From IMG/VR virus record IMGVR_UViG_3300045988_144476: a stretch of 64,000 nucleotides of DNA, one strand, 5' to 3'. A program made the translations under genes and the position numbers. The DNA is from a virus. Of the stretch, positions 1 to 8,135 are shown one piece after another; the stretch's first letter is position 1; the number at the start of each line of letters is the position of its first letter. The notes beneath the pieces are model-generated. The model searched no databases and was not told the origin of the DNA. It saw nothing but the letters and a program-made list of their open reading frames with translations.

Positions 1-2
1 AA

Positions 3-17
3 TAATGTTTTAATCAA
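3..17 (+). repeat. 15-nt intergenic motif copy
   Basis: TAATGTTTTAATCAA, 7 nt before the SD of gene 34. Confidence 0.7.
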
Positions 18-33
18 TGAAAGGAGATAAAAT

Positions 34-264
34 ATGAAAGGCAAAATCATTCTTGGACTCACAGCATTCACATTACTTGCCGGAATCATCGGCACGATTG
101 ACATTAACACTTACAACGGAATTCATTCCGTTACCGGTTATGCAGCGAACAATAAAATCATTGCTGACAATGGAAATACTTACTCTGCTTCGAATCTCGA
201 AGGTAAAGTAAAAGTAACTTTAGATAATAACGGAAGCGTTATTGAAATCACATCACAGAATTAG
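34..264 (+). CDS. small secreted/membrane protein (hypothetical)
   Basis: 76-aa ORF; AGGAG upstream; hydrophobic N-terminus KIILGLTAFTLLAGIIG. Confidence 0.7.
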   Translation: MKGKIILGLTAFTLLAGIIGTIDINTYNGIHSVTGYAANNKIIADNGNTYSASNLEGKVKVTLDNNGSVIEITSQN

Positions 265-278
265 AGAGGGAAATAACT

Positions 279-575
279 ATGACAATCGATCCAAAAGAAA
301 TCAAAGAAAGAAAAGCAATTGATAAAAAGGTTGCAGAAGTTGAACCATTTTTTCCACTTGTTGAAAAGGAAGATGATGTAGCAGTTATTCATATGAAACA
401 TGCAATTGCAAACCTGTACTATAATTTGTTAAAAGAAATCTTTCCTCATACAGTAGCAATGTATGAAGATGAAATCATTACCACAGTAGGTCACAATGGA
501 ATGCATTATCTATATCTCACAGGCAAAATTGATTACTGTGGTTGTCCAAATGGTCACAGATTATTCATTATCTAA
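279..575 (+). CDS. hypothetical protein
   Basis: 98-aa ORF, GAGGG SD upstream, tiles after previous gene. Confidence 0.65.
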   Translation: MTIDPKEIKERKAIDKKVAEVEPFFPLVEKEDDVAVIHMKHAIANLYYNLLKEIFPHTVAMYEDEIITTVGHNGMHYLYLTGKIDYCGCPNGHRLFII

Positions 576-591
576 GGAAGGAGCAAAGCAA

Positions 592-897
592 ATGGTATCA
601 AATGAACTACAAATCAAAAACCTTAATAAGGACATCAACGGAATGTTACATCTTCTTGCTGAACTCAAGGCAAATCCAGAAACAGAGAAATCATTCTTCA
701 CAAGAGAAAAGTGTGAGACAGAGCTTGCTAAAGCTTATCACAGGAAGCTTGAACTTATGTATCCCAAGGCAGAAACTTTATACATGTCCTGTATAAAAGA
801 AGCTACATCTGCCAAAGGAATCGAATTAATGGTTAAGTACAATCTCATTGAATCTTGTGCAGTGGCAGAAGATGGAGAGAAACTATATGCATTATAG
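592..897 (+). CDS. hypothetical protein
   Basis: In-frame ATG 592 behind AAGGAAGGAG; the longer 496 start would overlap 279..575. Confidence 0.6.
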   Translation: MVSNELQIKNLNKDINGMLHLLAELKANPETEKSFFTREKCETELAKAYHRKLELMYPKAETLYMSCIKEATSAKGIELMVKYNLIESCAVAEDGEKLYAL

Positions 898-914
898 GGA
901 AAGGAGTATGGACT

Positions 915-1073
915 ATGAAACTGTGGGAACGCAAAGCAAGATCAATTATGAAAGGATTTTTGTTTAGCGAGACAAAAATTAATTCTATTATTAATTACGC
1001 AAACGAAGATCCAAAAGCAAACAATGAGTTGAAATTATATAAAGCAACTCACAAGGCAAGACAATGTTTATAA
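915..1073 (+). CDS. hypothetical small protein
   Basis: In-frame ATG 915 preceded by AAGGAG at 901-906. Confidence 0.5.
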   Translation: MKLWERKARSIMKGFLFSETKINSIINYANEDPKANNELKLYKATHKARQCL

Positions 1074-1153
1074 TCATTACAATAGATATATAAACAATTA
1101 TACAACTGAATATGGAAAATAAAATAAATAATTAAAGAAAGAGGTATGATATT

Positions 1154-2212
1154 ATGTTAAGTATTAAAAATGTAAACGAGGAACTTGTAAACGGAGTTGT
1201 ATCTGGAAATACAGTAATCAATACAGATAGATTCGGGTATAAAATGGCATACGACACAGTAATGGCGAATTATAAAGAAATAGAAGGGAAAAAGTTTGTA
1301 TCAATTCCATTGGACCTTCTGGAAATTGACGAAAGCTATCAGAGATTATTCTGTATCAATATGTCAAAGATAGATGATCTTGTGAAGAATTTTAACATGA
1401 ATAAATGTGATCCAATTCTTGTCGCTCCACATCCAGAAACATCTACATTTGCAGTAATCGATGGAACTCATAGAGTATTAGCATTTGAAATTATGAACAA
1501 GGGAAGCATTTGTGCAACAATTGCCGAGGGACTTTCTGATAATCCAGAAGAAAGAAGTAAAGAAGAAGCTGAGATATTCTGCGGACAGGGAATTAACGTT
1601 GACCGTATGGCCCCAACTCATAAACATAGAGCTTATGTAAAGATGGGTATAAAGAAATATGTAATTCTAGATGAATGTATGAAGGGAAGAAAACTCCTCC
1701 TTAATGTTCATGAATTAAAGAATCTTGACAAAGAAAAACAAGACGAATTAATTTCAGATGGATGGAGAGTGCTTTCTGGATATACAGCATTACTTGCTGC
1801 TGCTGCTCATTCAAAAGGTAAAGAAATGGTAACAACAATTTTTGATATTATTGAAAAATCAGGATGGCATTCAGCAACCAATGGATATGGAACTAATATA
1901 ATCCGTCCAGTATCAGCAATCCTTAATATGCATGATTTTGATCCAGCAGTAACACAGGCAATTATTAATATCTTTAGCACAATGGAACCAGATCTGTTCA
2001 TGTCCAAAGCACATGCAGCTTATCCAGGACGCAAGGAAAAAGAAAGACTTACAATGTGGCTTGAAAAAGCAGTAGCAAAGAAACTTGGAGTAGAACCAAT
2101 CTATACTGGTGGAGATATGAGAAAGGTAGCTTCGAAATACAATGGAGCTAAAAGAAATGCTTCAGCATCTAACAAAACAACTCCATTCCCGGAAACAGGA
2201 ACAGAAAAATAA
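1154..2212 (+). CDS. ParB/sulfiredoxin-fold nuclease-domain protein
   Basis: LEIDESYQR...PILVAP...AVIDGTHRV (DGxHR box of ParB N-terminal domain); GAGG SD. Confidence 0.75.
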   Translation: MLSIKNVNEELVNGVVSGNTVINTDRFGYKMAYDTVMANYKEIEGKKFVSIPLDLLEIDESYQRLFCINMSKIDDLVKNFNMNKCDPILVAPHPETSTFAVIDGTHRVLAFEIMNKGSICATIAEGLSDNPEERSKEEAEIFCGQGINVDRMAPTHKHRAYVKMGIKKYVILDECMKGRKLLLNVHELKNLDKEKQDELISDGWRVLSGYTALLAAAAHSKGKEMVTTIFDIIEKSGWHSATNGYGTNIIRPVSAILNMHDFDPAVTQAIINIFSTMEPDLFMSKAHAAYPGRKEKERLTMWLEKAVAKKLGVEPIYTGGDMRKVASKYNGAKRNASASNKTTPFPETGTEK

Positions 2213-2214
2213 AA

Positions 2215-2229
2215 TAATGATTTAATCAA
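2215..2229 (+). repeat. 15-nt intergenic motif copy
   Basis: TAATGATTTAATCAA. Confidence 0.7.
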
Positions 2230-2246
2230 AATTATAATAAAAATAC

Positions 2247-2275
2247 TTGATTTTTAAATAAGCAAGTGTTATATT
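2247..2275 (+). promoter_or_regulatory. sigma-A-type promoter with extended -10
   Basis: TTGATT, 17-nt spacer, TGtTATATT; motif copies at 2215 and 2288 bracket it. Confidence 0.55.
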
Positions 2276-2281
2276 ATGATT

Positions 2282-2650
2282 ATAAACTAATGTTTTAATC
2301 AACAGAAATAATAAGGTAAATACATCTATAAAGATGTTATTTATATAGCAACAAGCATTTACTATTAACCAAAGGCAAATCAGTTTTTGACTTGCTACCA
2401 AAATCTGATAAACCTAAACCCTCAACCCTTACAAATACATCCTGTATCATGATCCACTTGAACGGTATAACCTCAAGTCGAAGGTACGTTTTTCTAAATA
2501 TGGAAATTGATACAGGGTGTCATATAGTTATATAATTCAGACCTATATATAAGCGTGACAATATATGGAAGTCGTTTACCATTCTGGCGGTGTGAAACCT
2601 AGAACCGCCAACTCCTTCCAAATATGGATTTGAATTATGTAACTATAAAT
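2282..2650 (+). ncRNA. candidate structured noncoding RNA
   Basis: No ORF over 26 codons. 17-bp long-range helix 2523-2539 / 2631-2647; 8-bp helix cctgtatc (2442-2449) / gatacagg (2509-2516); inner hairpin tggcgg/ccgcca. Confidence 0.35.
2288..2302 (+). repeat. 15-nt intergenic motif copy
   Basis: TAATGTTTTAATCAA. Confidence 0.7.
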
Positions 2651-2664
2651 AATGTTTTAATGAA
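2650..2664 (+). repeat. 15-nt motif, variant
   Basis: TAATGTTTTAATGAA. Confidence 0.5.
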
Positions 2665-2677
2665 AAGGGGAAAAGTT

Positions 2678-2758
2678 ATGAACGAAAAAAAGAAAAGGAA
2701 AGTCATCTCTTGGGATGAGATTAAAGAAAAATTCAAAAGGGAAAGGAAAGAGCAATGA
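2678..2758 (+). CDS. possible 26-aa basic peptide
   Basis: ATG behind AAAGGGGAAAAG; MNEKKKRKVISWDEIKEKFKRERKEQ; stop overlaps next start (ATGA); below ORF-track cutoff. Confidence 0.3.
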   Translation: MNEKKKRKVISWDEIKEKFKRERKEQ

Positions 2759-2976
2759 CAGAGATAAAAAAGTATGACAAAGAAAAGGATATTATTGCTT
2801 ATAACGGAGTAATCGTTGTCTCATGCTTTAAAGAAAGAAACGAAATGCAGACAGAGTTTGACGAAATAATTGAGGCATGGAAAAAACAAAGAGATAAAGA
2901 AAGAAAAGAGCATTGGAACAACTTAAGAAAAAGAAAAGGCATATTTTCATTATTCAGAAGAAAGAAGGCAGCTTAA
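2755..2976 (+). CDS. hypothetical protein, basic C-terminus
   Basis: 73-aa ORF, tiles with neighbours. Confidence 0.6.
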   Translation: MTEIKKYDKEKDIIAYNGVIVVSCFKERNEMQTEFDEIIEAWKKQRDKERKEHWNNLRKRKGIFSLFRRKKAA

Positions 2977-3567
2977 ATGAAATTTATTGATAAATATAAA
3001 GAAGAACACCAAGGCGGAATTATTGGTGATATTACATGCATAAAATGTCCATCTGATTTTGGATATGAACCCGATCGAAATTGTACTTGTGGTACGGATG
3101 ATGAAGCATGTCATAGATGCTGGAATAAGGAAATGCCTGAACCTAAATTAGAACCAGCTAATGCAAATGATTTCCCAGGATTCGAAATTAATGATGTAGT
3201 ACAGTTGAGAAGTGGAAGATTATGTATCGTTCTTCCAAATAATAAGTCAAAGGATAATAAAAGTATATGCTATACAAATAAAAAACCCAGTACAGAAGAT
3301 ATTATTGGCTCGGGAATAACCTGCTTAACTCATTGCATCGATTATATAGGATATATATGTGAAAGAAATTGCCTCAATGATGTTGTTAAATTATGGAGAG
3401 CAACTCCTGAAAATGCGTTATCATTGATAGGCTATTTCTTTAACAAAAAAGAAATTCCAGATCACATCAAACCTATTTGGGTAGAGCCTACAGTACCTAC
3501 AGCAAAGAAGATGACACTCAAGGAAATTGAAAAAGAACTTGGTTATTCAATAGAAATTATTTCATAA
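2977..3567 (+). CDS. hypothetical protein, Cys-rich N-terminus
   Basis: 196-aa ORF starting at the stop of the previous gene (TAAATG). Confidence 0.7.
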   Translation: MKFIDKYKEEHQGGIIGDITCIKCPSDFGYEPDRNCTCGTDDEACHRCWNKEMPEPKLEPANANDFPGFEINDVVQLRSGRLCIVLPNNKSKDNKSICYTNKKPSTEDIIGSGITCLTHCIDYIGYICERNCLNDVVKLWRATPENALSLIGYFFNKKEIPDHIKPIWVEPTVPTAKKMTLKEIEKELGYSIEIIS

Positions 3568-3590
3568 ATAGAAAGTGAGGGAAATGAATC

Positions 3591-3881
3591 ATGAGTGCAT
3601 ATAAGCAGTTTATTACCAGACATTTTGAAAGCACTAATACATTTGTAACTCAGTTTTTCAAGGAAATTAATTCTCTCCCGGAAGTCGGAGATTTATTCGA
3701 AGGTAAAAGAGTGTTGGCTGTCACACCAATTTCAATGGATTGTGAACAGTTTTCAGATGATCATCATAATTATGAATTATATGAACTCGAATGTGGCGAG
3801 TATGAAAACAAATATAATGAGAACGGGGAAGATGAAACTACAACAGAAAGAGTATGCGTAAGAAAAGAAAATGAATTATGA
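3591..3881 (+). CDS. hypothetical protein
   Basis: 96-aa ORF, GAGGG SD. Confidence 0.65.
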   Translation: MSAYKQFITRHFESTNTFVTQFFKEINSLPEVGDLFEGKRVLAVTPISMDCEQFSDDHHNYELYELECGEYENKYNENGEDETTTERVCVRKENEL

Positions 3882-4789
3882 TAAAAAATAATAAAAATCA
3901 GCCAGTAAAAGGCTATAAAGTATTCAACCCAGATTGGACATGCCTGGGATTTCAGTATGAAGTAGGGAAGACATATGAAGAAGATGTAACACCAAAATGT
4001 TGCAACAAAGGATTTCATTTCTGCAAAGAATTGAAGGACTGCTTCAGTTATTATTCATTTGATCCTGACAACAAAGTTGCAAAGGTTATTGCATTAGGTG
4101 AAATTGATGAAAAATTAGATGATAGCAAATGTTGCACCAACAAGATTCAGATTGTTGAAGAAATCAGTTGGGAAGATGTTTTGAGAATGGTTAACCTTGG
4201 AGAAGGAAATGCAGGTTTTTGCAACGGCGGTAACTATAATACTGGTGACAGAAATACTGGTGACTATAATACTGGTTGCAAAAATACTGGTAACTATAAC
4301 ACTGGTGATTGGAACACTGGTAGCTGTAATGCTGGTAATTGGAATACTGGTTACAGAAATACTGGTGACTATAATACTGGTAATTGGAACACTGGTAGCT
4401 GTAATACTGGTAATTGGAACACTGGTGACTATAATATTATAGATGCATCTTCTGGATGCTTCTGTACAGAACATCAAAAGATCCTTATTTTCGATAAATT
4501 GTCTAACTGGACCATAAAAGACTGGTTTAGCAGTGATGCAAGATATATTCTTGATAGTATTCCAAATAATATTGTTGAGTGGATCTATGAATCAGATATG
4601 ACAGATATAGAAAAAGAAAAGAATCCAACGTACAAAACAACTGGTGGTTATTTAAAGATTCTTGATAAATCAGAAGCAGCGCAGGTCTGGTGGGATGGAT
4701 TAGATACTACAGACAAAAACATTATTAAATCAATTCCAAATTTTGATGCAGGAAAATTTCAAAAATGTACAGGTATTAAGGTTGATTAA
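3878..4789 (+). CDS. five-residue (N-T-G-x-aromatic/Cys) tandem-repeat protein, pentapeptide-repeat-like solenoid
   Basis: About 13 consecutive pentads NYNTG DRNTG DYNTG CKNTG NYNTG DWNTG SCNAG NWNTG and so on; N-terminal KGYKVFNPDW...GFHFC domain. Confidence 0.8.
   Translation: MIKNNKNQPVKGYKVFNPDWTCLGFQYEVGKTYEEDVTPKCCNKGFHFCKELKDCFSYYSFDPDNKVAKVIALGEIDEKLDDSKCCTNKIQIVEEISWEDVLRMVNLGEGNAGFCNGGNYNTGDRNTGDYNTGCKNTGNYNTGDWNTGSCNAGNWNTGYRNTGDYNTGNWNTGSCNTGNWNTGDYNIIDASSGCFCTEHQKILIFDKLSNWTIKDWFSSDARYILDSIPNNIVEWIYESDMTDIEKEKNPTYKTTGGYLKILDKSEAAQVWWDGLDTTDKNIIKSIPNFDAGKFQKCTGIKVD
4232..4435 (+). repeat. 15-nt tandem coding repeat (AAYACTGGTNNNNNN) x ~13
   Basis: Direct reading of the sequence; it also generates spurious ORFs 4197..4442(+) and 4115..4477(-). 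Confidence 0.9.
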
Positions 4790-4803
4790 AAGGAAAATGA
4801 ATT

Positions 4804-5085
4804 ATGAAAATATTTACAGGAACTATCACAGAAACCAATTCACGTAAAGTTGCTGTCATTGCAGAAACAAAAGAAGAAGCCGATGCAATCCTCTCAGATC
4901 TTTATCTCAACGGAGATATTGATGAACTTGATTATGATGATTACGATGGATGGGATTCAGAAATCAATGATGAAGTAGATATTGATAGCAGAGAACTTGA
5001 TGAAATTGAGATTTATGATGAAGAAGGAAATAAATATGAAAAAGATGATTTACCAGAAAAATATTTCGACTCTGAGGAGGTATGA
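4804..5085 (+). CDS. highly acidic small protein (possible DNA mimic)
   Basis: 93 aa; C-terminal two thirds dominated by D/E (DIDELDYDDYDGWDSEINDEVDIDSRELDEIEIYDEE). Confidence 0.7.
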   Translation: MKIFTGTITETNSRKVAVIAETKEEADAILSDLYLNGDIDELDYDDYDGWDSEINDEVDIDSRELDEIEIYDEEGNKYEKDDLPEKYFDSEEV

Positions 5086-5091
5086 TGAATT

Positions 5092-5721
5092 ATGACTAAC
5101 ATTCCTACATTCCTTGGTTGTGCTCCGGCAGATGCAAGCCAAATCATTCCATATACAGAGAAATTTGATGTTCTGTATGATGATGGCGGTGAGATGAAAC
5201 TTATTACAAAAGAAACTTATTCAACAGAAGCAGATGAGGATATGCCAGCATTTAAATACAAGTACGTGCTTAATTGTATGGATATGAAAGCATTTGGAAC
5301 ACAAGAGAAATTAATTGTTATCCAATGTTTAATGTGTCCATTACCTGAATATGTAAATAAGAAAACATTAAAAGAAATAACTGATGACATAGATTTTTAC
5401 TTTTCAGATGCAACCAGTTCTAGAGCATTACCAAATATGGGAGATGAATATATCAACTATGATGAGGTTCCGGAAGATGAAAACGGAAATCGCTGGTATG
5501 TTTACCATTATCATCTTACTGACAATAAAGATTTTGTCCAGGTGTTAAATGTAGCAGCTACAATATTTGATGATGTAAATGTTTTCCGAGGATGGAGAAT
5601 GGACCGAGTATGGAATCGGATTGGAAGTACCGGATGGGATTCACTCAGACACTTACTTCTTGGAGAGGACTGGATAAAGAAATCAATAAACAGAATATTA
5701 GAAAGCGAGGCAAATAAATAA
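5092..5721 (+). CDS. hypothetical protein
   Basis: 209-aa ORF, GAGGAGG SD. Confidence 0.7.
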   Translation: MTNIPTFLGCAPADASQIIPYTEKFDVLYDDGGEMKLITKETYSTEADEDMPAFKYKYVLNCMDMKAFGTQEKLIVIQCLMCPLPEYVNKKTLKEITDDIDFYFSDATSSRALPNMGDEYINYDEVPEDENGNRWYVYHYHLTDNKDFVQVLNVAATIFDDVNVFRGWRMDRVWNRIGSTGWDSLRHLLLGEDWIKKSINRILESEANK

Positions 5722-5722
5722 A

Positions 5723-6040
5723 ATGACAAATCCAAAAGAATACAATTTTTCAGATTATAAACTTTTATTTTACAGAGGTAAATACCAGTGTGGTTTAGGA
5801 ACTGCATTATATGCATTTCTCAGCGATGGACAACCATACGGAAGTATTTCTGTAAATCTAGGAGTAAAACTTCCAAAAAATCAGATCTTCATGGATGTGA
5901 ACAATGCATGTAATCTTTGTAATCAGATGGAAAAGGATGGATTACTTGAAAGAACTGGTTTGGCAAAGCAGAGTGGATATTGTATTTATCCGGCTGCAAG
6001 AATTACAGAGAAGTTGGAAAAGATTTTAAACGAGCTGTAA
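5723..6040 (+). CDS. hypothetical protein
   Basis: 105-aa ORF abutting previous stop. Confidence 0.65.
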   Translation: MTNPKEYNFSDYKLLFYRGKYQCGLGTALYAFLSDGQPYGSISVNLGVKLPKNQIFMDVNNACNLCNQMEKDGLLERTGLAKQSGYCIYPAARITEKLEKILNEL

Positions 6041-6041
6041 A

Positions 6042-6056
6042 TAGTGAATTAATCAA
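6042..6056 (+). repeat. 15-nt motif, variant
   Basis: TAGTGAATTAATCAA. Confidence 0.5.
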
Positions 6057-6101
6057 ATAATAATAAAAAGACAAGGTATAAGACGAAAGGATGTTGATGA
6101 A

Positions 6102-6299
6102 ATGCGAGATAGAAGCATCAAAGCAGTGAGATCTAAGAATATTGCAAGGAAATTAAGAATGGAAGGATTTAAAATCATTCGAAAGGAACCGAATATCAGA
6201 TTTCCGGAACAAGATGTATATATCTTTGAAGCTACACCGGAACTTGTGATCAGATTGAGAGAATTAGTTGAAGACAGGGAAAGGTGGAAGAAAAAATAA
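6102..6299 (+). CDS. small basic protein (hypothetical)
   Basis: 65-aa ORF, AAAGGA upstream. Confidence 0.5.
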   Translation: MRDRSIKAVRSKNIARKLRMEGFKIIRKEPNIRFPEQDVYIFEATPELVIRLRELVEDRERWKKK

Positions 6300-6300
6300 T

Positions 6301-7146
6301 ATGATAGACGAGGTTTTAGACATGGGAAGGACATTTATCAACATTGATGAAGAGTTAATTAAAGAAATGGACAAGGCTGGCATTAAAAACGGAAAGATAA
6401 TGATGTTGTATGGAAAAATATTATCATTATCTCAGAATGACCAGAATGCATGTATGGCAAGTAATAAATATTTTGCCAATGTATTATGTACCGAACCAAG
6501 AAATATACAAAGGTATATAAAAGAATTAAAAGATTTAGGATTCATAAAAACATACGAAGAAAATGATTCCTCACAGTATGCTTTTACGGTCGCCAGGTTT
6601 ATATATCCGCAATGGAAAGTTGTGAATGGCAAATTATGTCATGATGGTACGACAGATATGTCACAAGGGAACGAAAATATGTACACCACCCCACGACAAA
6701 TGATGTCGAATCCCATGACAGATAATGTCGAAAGACACGACAATTTATGTCGAGAAGTACGACAAGATCGCCATCCAAATAACAGAGAGAACAGAGAGAA
6801 AAGAATAGATAAGAATAACGTTCCGCTTCGCTGCACTGATAGTCGCTTCGCTCCTGGTGTCGCTAACGCTCCAGGCTCCGCTGACGCTACGCAATCTAAT
6901 ATGAGAGAAAGGTTTAATTACTTTAAGTCTCTTGATTATGATGCAGTTATACCTAGTGAAGAATTACCTAGGATTGTAGCTATCTCTTATGCAGAGCTTG
7001 ATCTAGATATTTATGATTCTATTGATTCTCGTAGAGAAAAACTTATTAAGGATTTTACCAGTGGATATTATAAGGCAAAAAATAAAGATAATATTATTGC
7101 ATTAATTGATGCAGTTATTGCTGGTGAGATTGTAGAAAGGAAGTAA
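6301..7146 (+). CDS. winged-HTH protein, replication-organizer-like
   Basis: ATG 6301 right after stop of 6102..6299; ...KYFANVLCTEPRNIQRYIKELKDLGFIKT wHTH-like segment; low-complexity linker carries an iteron-like array. Confidence 0.6.
   Translation: MIDEVLDMGRTFINIDEELIKEMDKAGIKNGKIMMLYGKILSLSQNDQNACMASNKYFANVLCTEPRNIQRYIKELKDLGFIKTYEENDSSQYAFTVARFIYPQWKVVNGKLCHDGTTDMSQGNENMYTTPRQMMSNPMTDNVERHDNLCREVRQDRHPNNRENREKRIDKNNVPLRCTDSRFAPGVANAPGSADATQSNMRERFNYFKSLDYDAVIPSEELPRIVAISYAELDLDIYDSIDSRREKLIKDFTSGYYKAKNKDNIIALIDAVIAGEIVERK
6636..6764. repeat. iteron-like array of alternating TGTCG / CGACA pentamers
   Basis: 10 copies at about 6637, 6650, 6659, 6694, 6704, 6715 (TGACA variant), 6726, 6738, 6748, 6760. 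Most are spaced 9-13 bp apart; there is one 35-bp gap (6659 to 6694). Confidence 0.5.
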
Positions 7147-7151
7147 TTATT

Positions 7152-7448
7152 ATGGCCTGTTATTGTTGTGACGATTGTCATGATGCAAAACATAACGGAG
7201 GTAAATGTAATAAATTTCAATATGAATGTCCGTTTGATATCCTTGAGGCTTTTGATGAGGTTGATATTAAAATTATAAGAAAAATAATAGATAATATTAA
7301 TATTCAAATAGACAATTTGAAGGCCATAGATAAGAATCATGGTGTTATGGAAGAAGATATAGAAGCTTTAAGATCTGCTTTATCTAATCTTGAAGAACGA
7401 ATAAGTATTGACTTGCAAAAAGAATGGAACGAAATAAATGAAGATTAA
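7152..7448 (+). CDS. hypothetical protein, Cys-rich N-terminus
   Basis: 98-aa ORF; MACYCCDDCHDAKHNGGKC. Confidence 0.6.
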   Translation: MACYCCDDCHDAKHNGGKCNKFQYECPFDILEAFDEVDIKIIRKIIDNINIQIDNLKAIDKNHGVMEEDIEALRSALSNLEERISIDLQKEWNEINED

Positions 7449-7590
7449 ACTTCTTATATTAATTATTGCTTTTCCGGTTGGATTCTTTCTGATCGGAAGG
7501 CACTATTCTAAGGCAGATAGATTATTGATCGTATTCACTATGTGGTTTGCGACTTGTATTGTTGAAAGAAATATTCAGAACTTTATGTAA
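7438..7590 (+). CDS. possible small membrane protein
   Basis: 50-codon ORF MKIKLLILIIAFPVGFFLIG...; fills an otherwise empty gap; below ORF-track cutoff. Confidence 0.4.
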   Translation: MKIKLLILIIAFPVGFFLIGRHYSKADRLLIVFTMWFATCIVERNIQNFM

Positions 7591-7604
7591 AGGAGTATTA
7601 AATA

Positions 7605-7829
7605 ATGACAATTGAAAAGCCGTATCAGAGAGTAAGAGATATTGAAGCTTTATCAGATCATCTTATCGAGATAGTAGAAGATAACGATGAGAGATTTTCT
7701 TTTGAATGGGGATCCTGTGGAATCAATAAAGCTAAGATGAAAATCTTTGATAAAGAAAATAAAGTTGGCTACATTGTTAAGATTGAACCTATTATTTATG
7801 ATGATAATGGAGAACCGGTCAATATTTAG
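7605..7829 (+). CDS. hypothetical protein
   Basis: 74-aa ORF, AAGGAG SD. Confidence 0.6.
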   Translation: MTIEKPYQRVRDIEALSDHLIEIVEDNDERFSFEWGSCGINKAKMKIFDKENKVGYIVKIEPIIYDDNGEPVNI

Positions 7830-7845
7830 AAAGGAAGGAGCTGTA

Positions 7846-8133
7846 ATGACAATTGGTGATATCTATGTAAACAAATTAAATAACTCAGATATTATTCAGA
7901 TTGATAGTTTTGCTTCTCATATGAATAATTTGAGAGAAAATTCTATTATAATCTACAGAAATATCGAAAGGCATAATGAGTACGAAATTGGTAGTTGTCC
8001 TAGTAATAATGGATACGGATCGCAAGAAGAGATTGAAAATAAGTACAAATTACTGATTTCCGCAAGAAAATTGAAAAACTATTCTGACTGGAATGAGATT
8101 TTTGAACTGGCTGAGGGAAAGAAAGGAAGTTGA
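7846..8133 (+). CDS. hypothetical protein
   Basis: In-frame ATG 7846 behind AAGGAAGGAG; the 7747 start would overlap the previous gene. Confidence 0.6.
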   Translation: MTIGDIYVNKLNNSDIIQIDSFASHMNNLRENSIIIYRNIERHNEYEIGSCPSNNGYGSQEEIENKYKLLISARKLKNYSDWNEIFELAEGKKGS

Positions 8134-8135
8134 TT

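Noticed and set aside
4115-4477. Minus-strand ORF (120 aa), and the + strand alternative-frame ORF 4197..4442, both with repetitive ITS/ILV sequences
   Set aside because: Both are reading-frame artefacts of the 15-nt tandem repeat encoding the NTGxx solenoid protein. They have no SD and lie entirely inside a well-supported gene.
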